Assembly (NCBI GenBank): GCA_001029715.1
Contig: CP011212.1
Location: forward strand, 195,407 to 259,406
Source: a candidate division TM6 bacterium GW2011_GWF2_28_16
GTDB taxonomy: Bacteria; Patescibacteriota; Microgenomatia; UBA1400; PJMF01
DNA: 64,000 nucleotides
Reading direction: 5' to 3'
The translations under genes were made by a program, and so were the position numbers. Below are positions 58,472 to 64,000 of this stretch, one piece after another (positions within the stretch are counted from its first letter, which is position 1; the number at the start of each line of letters is the position of its first letter). The notes under the pieces were generated by a model. The model ran no database searches and was not told the DNA's origin. It saw only the letters and a list, made by a program, of their open reading frames with translations.

Positions 58472-58841
58472 TCTTTATCGCAGTGAACTAATGGAGATTT
58501 ATAAGGATCCAAGTCATCATGGCAACCTTAATAATCCTTCTGTGGTTTTAGAAAAACAAAATGCTTTTTGTGGCGACAAGCTTCATCTGTCTATAAAGAT
58601 TAAAAATAATATTATTGAAGATGCTAAATTTGAGGGCAGTCTTTGCTTCGTGAGTATTATTGGAGCTGAGTTTTTAATAGAAGAAATTATTGGTAAAACT
58701 ATTGAGGAAGCAAAAAAAATTGACCAAAAAAAATTGCTAGAATTAATTAATTTGAATTTAAGTACTAGTCGCGTGGCTTGCGCCACGCTAACCCTCAAAG
58801 CTCTACAAGAGGCTTTGAAAAAATATGACAAAAAAGATTGA
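58464..58841 (+). CDS. sufU: SufU/IscU-like protein
   Basis: NAFCGD, GSLC, RVACA. Confidence 0.85.
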   Translation: MDDLYRSELMEIYKDPSHHGNLNNPSVVLEKQNAFCGDKLHLSIKIKNNIIEDAKFEGSLCFVSIIGAEFLIEEIIGKTIEEAKKIDQKKLLELINLNLSTSRVACATLTLKALQEALKKYDKKD

Positions 58842-59043
58842 CAAAAACAGCAACATTGCTGAGTTAATTGGAGAAAATCCAGAGCTAAATGATGTTCTAT
58901 ATGAATATGGTTTATATTGTGGCAATTGTTTTGCGGCTGGCTATGACACTTTAGAGGCAGGAGCACAGATGCACGGCTTAGAAACTGAGGAAATCGAAGA
59001 ACTCATTCAAGAACTAAATAAAAAAACAAAGAAAAATCTATGA
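58825..59043 (+). CDS. DUF1858-like small Cys protein
   Basis: GLYCGNC..AGYDTLEAGAQMHG. Confidence 0.75.
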   Translation: MTKKIDKNSNIAELIGENPELNDVLYEYGLYCGNCFAAGYDTLEAGAQMHGLETEEIEELIQELNKKTKKNL

Positions 59044-60074
59044 AACTAAAAGTTGTATTAGGAATGAGTGGTGGAGTGGATAGCTCAGTGGCAGCAGCTT
59101 TACTCACAAAGCAAGGTTATGAAGTTTTGGGCGTGACGATGCAAATTTGGGAGAATGATCAGGAGTTAGCAATTGCCGATGCTCAAACAGTGGCCAAAAA
59201 ATTAAACATTGAACACCGAGTTTTAGATTTTAGAAAAATCTTCAAAGAGAAAATTATTAAATATTTTACCGATGAATATTTAATTGGTAAAACTCCCAAT
59301 CCATGTATTGCTTGTAATCATGAAATTAAATTTGGCGAGTTGCTTGACTATGCTCTATCTATTGGAGCTGATTTTGTTGCTACTGGTCATTACGCCAAAA
59401 TTGTCAAAGAAAATGATCGCTATTTACTAAAAAAATCTAGCAGTCAAAACAAAGATCAAACTTATCCGCTTTATCATTTAACTCAAAAACAATTAGCTCA
59501 CATTCTTTTTCCTTTAGCTAATTATGAAAAAACTGAAGTTAGAAAAATGGCTACCGATCTTGATTTAGCAGTAGCTAATAAATCAGATAGTCAAGATATC
59601 TGTTTTGTGACTAATCAAAATTATTCATCCTTTATTGAAAAAGAAACTGGTGTTAAAGTTCAAGAAGGGAATTTTGTGGACAAATCAGGAAATATTCTTG
59701 GTAAACATCGTGGCATCTATAACTATACGATTGGTCAGCGTAAGGGTTTGGGTATTGCCACTGGCAAGCCAATTTTTATTTCAAAAATAGATGCTACTAA
59801 AAATGAAATAGTTCTAGGCGATGAAGAAGATATTCTATCTAAAAGTTTGATTGCTAAAAAACTTAATTTTATTCCTTTTGATAAATTAGAAAAAGAAATT
59901 CTGGCGAAGGTCAAAATTAGATATGGAGCTAGAGAAGTTCCTGCTCGAATTTTTCCACAAGGATTGAATGAAGTTGAAGTAGTTTTTGATCAGCCACAAA
60001 GAGCGGTCACAGCCGGTCAATCAGTAGTTTTCTACCAAGGAGATTTGGTTTTAGGTGGTGGAGTTATTTGCTAA
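59040..60074 (+). CDS. mnmA: tRNA 2-thiouridylase MnmA
   Basis: MSGGVDS, TPNPCIACN, ATGHY, KDQTY, DSQDICF, TIGQRKGLG. Confidence 0.96.
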   Translation: MKLKVVLGMSGGVDSSVAAALLTKQGYEVLGVTMQIWENDQELAIADAQTVAKKLNIEHRVLDFRKIFKEKIIKYFTDEYLIGKTPNPCIACNHEIKFGELLDYALSIGADFVATGHYAKIVKENDRYLLKKSSSQNKDQTYPLYHLTQKQLAHILFPLANYEKTEVRKMATDLDLAVANKSDSQDICFVTNQNYSSFIEKETGVKVQEGNFVDKSGNILGKHRGIYNYTIGQRKGLGIATGKPIFISKIDATKNEIVLGDEEDILSKSLIAKKLNFIPFDKLEKEILAKVKIRYGAREVPARIFPQGLNEVEVVFDQPQRAVTAGQSVVFYQGDLVLGGGVIC

Positions 60075-60130
60075 TTGCCTCATAATGTTTTTGTAATTGA
60101 AAAATTATTTAAAATAAAGAAAGGCGTGTG

Positions 60131-61183
60131 ATGTCTACAACCTTTTATAAATACCTTGGTAAAACGGAAGAATGGCCAAATCTCAGTAATGTTCAGCCAG
60201 CCAGCCTCACTTATGATGATGTACTTTTAGTTCCTCAGGCTAAAACAGCAATAGATTCTAGAAAGGAGACCGATATCTCTGTTGAATTTGGTCCATTTTC
60301 TTTAAGAAAACCAATTGTTACCGCTCCGATGGATACGGTCAGTGGTGAAGAAATGGCGCGTTTAATGCAACGACTCGGTGGTCTAACTTTTATGCCAAGA
60401 GTTTTTATTGATGAAGCTTTGGCAGCTTGCAAGCGTTTACAAAAAGATAAGATCGACGCGGTTTATTCAATTGGTCTTAAAAATGCTTTGGCAGATGCCA
60501 CGGCTTTTAAGAAATTGGGAGCTAAAGCATTGTTGATAGATGTAGCTCATGGTGGAATGCAAAACGTTGTGGAAACTGCTAGAGAGATTCAAGAAAAATT
60601 AAAAATAACTGTCATTGCTGGCAATATTGTTAGTTTTGATCAAGTGATGACTTATAAAGAAGCGGGTTTAAAAATTGCTAGAGTTGGTGTAGGTGGTGGT
60701 GGAATGTGTATTACTCGCTTAGTAGCTGGAGTTGGTTTTCCACAATTATCTGCAGTTTTTGAAACTGTTTCTTCAGGTTTGGAAATTATTGCTGATGGGG
60801 GTATTCGTAAGCCAGCAGATTTTGCTAAAGCTATTGCCGCTGGAGCTAGAGTGATTATGATTGGTTCAATGTTGGCAGGAACCGAGGAAGCTCCTGGCGA
60901 AGTTGTAGGTGGAGTAAAAAAAGCTCGTGGTCAAGCCTCTGAAGATTACATGAAAGATAATGGTTCAAAGCTTGGAGAATTCCGCAGTGCTGAGGGTATT
61001 ACGGCAATGGTGCCATATAAAGGCTCAGCAGAATGGATTATTAATGATTTAGTCGGCGGATTACGCAGTGCCATGTCATATATCGGAGCGAAGAATATTA
61101 AAGAGTTTCAAGCTAAAGCTCAATTCGTAGTGGCCTCAAATTCAGCACAGGGTGAGGGAGTGGCGCATATTGAGAGAGGGTAA
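60131..61183 (+). CDS. IMP dehydrogenase / GMP reductase family protein without CBS domains
   Basis: TYDDVLLVP, APMDTV, DVAHG, GVGGGGMCITR, IADGGI, GGLRSAMSY. Confidence 0.85.
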   Translation: MSTTFYKYLGKTEEWPNLSNVQPASLTYDDVLLVPQAKTAIDSRKETDISVEFGPFSLRKPIVTAPMDTVSGEEMARLMQRLGGLTFMPRVFIDEALAACKRLQKDKIDAVYSIGLKNALADATAFKKLGAKALLIDVAHGGMQNVVETAREIQEKLKITVIAGNIVSFDQVMTYKEAGLKIARVGVGGGGMCITRLVAGVGFPQLSAVFETVSSGLEIIADGGIRKPADFAKAIAAGARVIMIGSMLAGTEEAPGEVVGGVKKARGQASEDYMKDNGSKLGEFRSAEGITAMVPYKGSAEWIINDLVGGLRSAMSYIGAKNIKEFQAKAQFVVASNSAQGEGVAHIERG

Positions 61184-61196
61184 GGTGCGCTCTCTT

Positions 61197-61871
61197 CTAC
61201 TTTTTTGCTTTTTCTTTTTTTAGACTCAAAAATTTTTCAAATAAATGATCTTTTATTTTAAGTAAAGAATATAGCACTAATAAACAAGCAACGATCAATA
61301 TAGTCATAAAAAGAGGGTTATCTTTAACTTCTTGCCAAATATTTTCAAGTTGTGTGATGCCCACGTATCCCACCCATAGATAGAAAGAGTTTCTAATTAT
61401 CACTCCAAGAAAAGTGGTGATGATGAAAGATTTTTTACTGTATTTAATCACTCCAGCTCCCACAGAAACAAGACTAGTAGGAATAAATGGTAGAGCTCTA
61501 GCCAAAACCATCAGAAAATCATCTACCCAAGTACCAGTTAAGAATCCACCAATTTGTTCAATTAGTTTGTGACTAACGCCAATGTATTTACCTAGTTTTC
61601 CAACCACCACGTCTTCTAATTTGTCGGCAGCCAGGTAAATTAAGAAACTAGAGACTGTTTTAGCTAAAGAAGCGACGAGCACAATTACAGCCAATTGTAA
61701 GAAAACATAATTTTGGGCTTGAGCTAAAGCAGCGGTGGTAGTCATGACAAAAGGTGAAGGAATAGGAGCAATAATTTCTTCCAAAAATGAACCAATTACT
61801 ACAAAGAGTTGTAAATTGATGGTTTGTGATAAGTGTTCAAGCCAGGTGACGATTTGATCGATAATAGACAT
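61197..61871 (-). CDS. DedA/VTT (SNARE-associated) membrane protein
   Basis: EEIIAPIPS, ARALPFIP..LVS.GAG, several TM helices; start set at MSIID. Confidence 0.85.
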   Translation of the reverse strand: MSIIDQIVTWLEHLSQTINLQLFVVIGSFLEEIIAPIPSPFVMTTTAALAQAQNYVFLQLAVIVLVASLAKTVSSFLIYLAADKLEDVVVGKLGKYIGVSHKLIEQIGGFLTGTWVDDFLMVLARALPFIPTSLVSVGAGVIKYSKKSFIITTFLGVIIRNSFYLWVGYVGITQLENIWQEVKDNPLFMTILIVACLLVLYSLLKIKDHLFEKFLSLKKEKAKK

Positions 61872-61940
61872 AGGACTTGATGGTAACATAAAAAATGAGT
61901 GAGGGGAATAAAGCTTTTTTAAAGCGTGCTTGCTTGACTG

Positions 61941-62022
61941 TGCGGAGATGACTCGCCCTGCGGGCATTAGGCGGGAACTTGTCGCGCTTTGCTCGATTGC
62001 GTTCTCTCCGTCAGGATTTAGA
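61941..62022 (-). repeat. Duplicated tRNA-Ser 3' end interrupted by GC-rich hairpin insert
   Basis: TGCGGAGATGAC (61941-61952) equals 62082-62093; CAGGATT resumes at 62012. Confidence 0.6.
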
Positions 62023-62083
62023 ATAATCTTTTTCTTCTTTCACATTGTCAATCACTTTAGCTTCGCTAGATTGTTTGCCAATG

Positions 62084-62166
62084 CGGAGATGACAGGATTC
62101 GAACCTGCGAAGCCGTGAGGCTCACGCTTTCCAAGCGTGTGCAATTGACCGCTATGCGACATCTCC
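62084..62166 (-). tRNA. tRNA-Ser(GGA)
   Basis: GGAGATG/CATCTCC acceptor, CACGC-TTGGAAA-GCGTG anticodon arm, long variable arm, GGTTCGAATCC. Confidence 0.93.
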
Positions 62167-62238
62167 TTTTGTGAAGTATTTCAAAGAACTGTCAAATTAT
62201 ATCAGAAAAGTTCTGGAATTATTTGCTAGAGAATATTT

Positions 62239-62883
62239 CTATACGAGCAAATTTCTTTTCATTTCTTTTTTGTGCTTGTACATTAATTTATCAGCTCTAT
62301 CTTTGGTATTTTCCAAATTTCCATCTTTTTTTTCATAAACAGCCACCCCATACGCAAAACTAATCTCTGTTCTTTCATCTTTATTTTTAGGTTTTTCTGC
62401 CATAATTTTTACTATTTTTTTCTTCAAATTTTCTTCAAAATTCTCATCATTGTTATTATTGTGACAAATTATAACGAATTCATCTCCGCCAATTCTACAA
62501 ATTTCATCACCATCTCTAAACTTAGATTCTAGATAGCCAATAATGTTTTTAATTGTCTGATCTCCAATTCTGTGAGTGTATTGATCGTTGATTTTTTTAA
62601 GTCCATTTAGATCAATGAAAATGAGACCAATCTTATTATGGTCAGTTTCAGGATTAAATCTGCTTTTTTTGAAAGATTCAAAGTAAGCTCTATTCATGAC
62701 GCCGGTTAATGGGTCAGCATTGATTTTCCTATTTAATTTATTGCTTTTATCAATTGAGGGGACGCCAATTAAACCTCTTTTAATTTCAAAGTTTATTTCT
62801 TTTGCTTTTGTACGACTTTCTTCATTCCAGTTGTTACCTTGCCAGGAATTTGGATTTTGATTTTTATATTCAGGATTTAACAT
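62239..62883 (-). CDS. Stand-alone GGDEF diguanylate cyclase
   Basis: DPLTG..NR, FIDLNGLKKIND, RDGD I-site, RIGGDEF, ADKLMY. Confidence 0.9.
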   Translation of the reverse strand: MLNPEYKNQNPNSWQGNNWNEESRTKAKEINFEIKRGLIGVPSIDKSNKLNRKINADPLTGVMNRAYFESFKKSRFNPETDHNKIGLIFIDLNGLKKINDQYTHRIGDQTIKNIIGYLESKFRDGDEICRIGGDEFVIICHNNNNDENFEENLKKKIVKIMAEKPKNKDERTEISFAYGVAVYEKKDGNLENTKDRADKLMYKHKKEMKRNLLV

Positions 62884-62904
62884 ATAAGTTTCTATTTTAA
62901 AACA

Positions 62905-62933
62905 GAAACGCCAGGTTTTCACCTGGCGTTTTC
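62905..62933 (-). terminator. Rho-independent terminator after RRM gene
   Basis: AAACGCCAGG-loop-CCTGGCGTTT. Confidence 0.75.
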
Positions 62934-62951
62934 AAATTTTGATCTAAAAGA

Positions 62952-63305
62952 TTAATATCTACGATCTCTATTTTGTGGTCTGCTGTTACCAAAAGAACGA
63001 TTGTTATCTCTACGAGGGAAACTATCATTTCTTGGCTCACGAGGTCGAGCGATGTTAATAACCAACTCTCTTCCTTCTACTGCGATTTGCTTTTTAGTGG
63101 CAGCATCAGCAGCGGATTCTTCGGCAAATTCTACAAAAGCGAAACCCTTAGAACGGCCGGTCATTCTATCAGTGATTAAACTGATTTGGGTAATTTCGCC
63201 AAATTCGGAAAACAGTTCTTGTAAACCATCTTGGGTCATGCTGAAAGGCAAGTTACCCACGAAGATTTTTTTCTTGTTTTCCATGGTGTCATTTTGATCT
63301 GACAT
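62952..63305 (-). CDS. RRM (RNP-1) RNA-binding protein
   Basis: IFVGNL (RNP2), KGFAFVEF (RNP1), VINIARPR. Confidence 0.92.
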   Translation of the reverse strand: MSDQNDTMENKKKIFVGNLPFSMTQDGLQELFSEFGEITQISLITDRMTGRSKGFAFVEFAEESAADAATKKQIAVEGRELVINIARPREPRNDSFPRRDNNRSFGNSRPQNRDRRY

Positions 63306-63397
63306 AAATATGGACTCTTCTTTCTTGGACTAAATATCCAAGACAATTAATACTGTGGAGTATTATAGCTTATTTGCCTAAATTAGATAGAGTTGAA

Positions 63398-63976
63398 TCA
63401 AAAAGCCTGGCCTGCAAGCTCTGTAATCTTTTCTAAAATCTTTTCTCTTGCGGCTTTATCTTTTTTACGTAGCTGACCAATGCGAGTGATCTTAACTGGC
63501 TTGATTCCACAAAACTCTAGTGTTGCTTGTTTCATTACTCTAGTGGTGGCTGAGCCACAAAGATAAATACTTTCAAAAATAGTAGGTCCATCCATGGTTA
63601 TAATCAAGTGTGCGCTGCGACCACTGAGCAATTTTTCATGTCTACTGCCGGATAGATAGTGATGAGAAAATCCAGAAAGAAAAACCCGATCAATAAAGCC
63701 TTTGAGCAAAGCAGGAACATTTCCCCACCAAATTGGATAAATAAATACCAAATGTTCTGCCCACGAGATGTCTTTCTGAGCTTTCTTCAAATCTGGTTCT
63801 AGTTCGACATTGCGATCGTGTGGATTGCGAAAAACTACATCGAAGTTCAATTCCCCCAGTTCTAGGGTGCGAACTTGATGTCCAGCAATACGAGCACTTT
63901 TTATATAGTGCTTAAATATGGCGCCGTTAAAGCTCTCAAGAGAGGGATGCCCAAGAATTACCAAGATTTTTTTCAT
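63398..63976 (-). CDS. NAD(P)H dehydrogenase (quinone), flavodoxin-like fold
   Basis: ILGHP...SFN, YPIWWGNVPALLKGFIDR. Confidence 0.9.
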   Translation of the reverse strand: MKKILVILGHPSLESFNGAIFKHYIKSARIAGHQVRTLELGELNFDVVFRNPHDRNVELEPDLKKAQKDISWAEHLVFIYPIWWGNVPALLKGFIDRVFLSGFSHHYLSGSRHEKLLSGRSAHLIITMDGPTIFESIYLCGSATTRVMKQATLEFCGIKPVKITRIGQLRKKDKAAREKILEKITELAGQAF

Positions 63977-64000
63977 TAGCTGACATTCTAACATTTTCTT

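Noticed and set aside
61930-62118. 62-aa ORF and upstream extension of the DedA ORF to 61967
   Set aside because: They overlap the tRNA-Ser gene and its duplicated fragment; DedA has a better start at 61871
1-64000. CRISPR array, rRNA, prophage, integrase/transposase, or alternative genetic code
   Set aside because: No regularly spaced direct repeats, rRNA signatures or mobile-element ORFs seen; conserved genes are full length under code 11 and some end in TGA

Overview
AT-rich core-genome window from a reduced bacterium. The gene content (no rpmD/L30 in the spc cluster, truncated AlaRS, protease-less Lon-like ATPase, long tmRNA tag) suggests Patescibacteria/CPR, possibly Microgenomates; this is inference only. 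It holds a nucleotide-sanitising/pentose cluster, rnj-ftsK, tmRNA, tRNA-Val and tRNA-Ser, alaS, a sortase/yqgF/mltG block, rpoBC, the str-S10-spc-alpha ribosomal superoperon, an ArsR-suf-mnmA-guaB block and a few small genes. No CRISPR array, rRNA, integrase or transposase is visible. The most interesting signal is non-coding. (1) A covarying ~80-nt structured motif lies between the GAAAGG ribosome-binding site and the AUG of both rnj and tuf. (2) A 164-nt element occurs twice (after alaS and after hup) with a conserved core but unrelated long closing stems. (3) A palindromic operator is shared by the sodA and ArsR-suf promoters. (4) There is also a 6S-like rod, structured rpoB and S10 leaders, and a tRNA-Ser 3'-end duplicate interrupted by a GC-rich hairpin insert.
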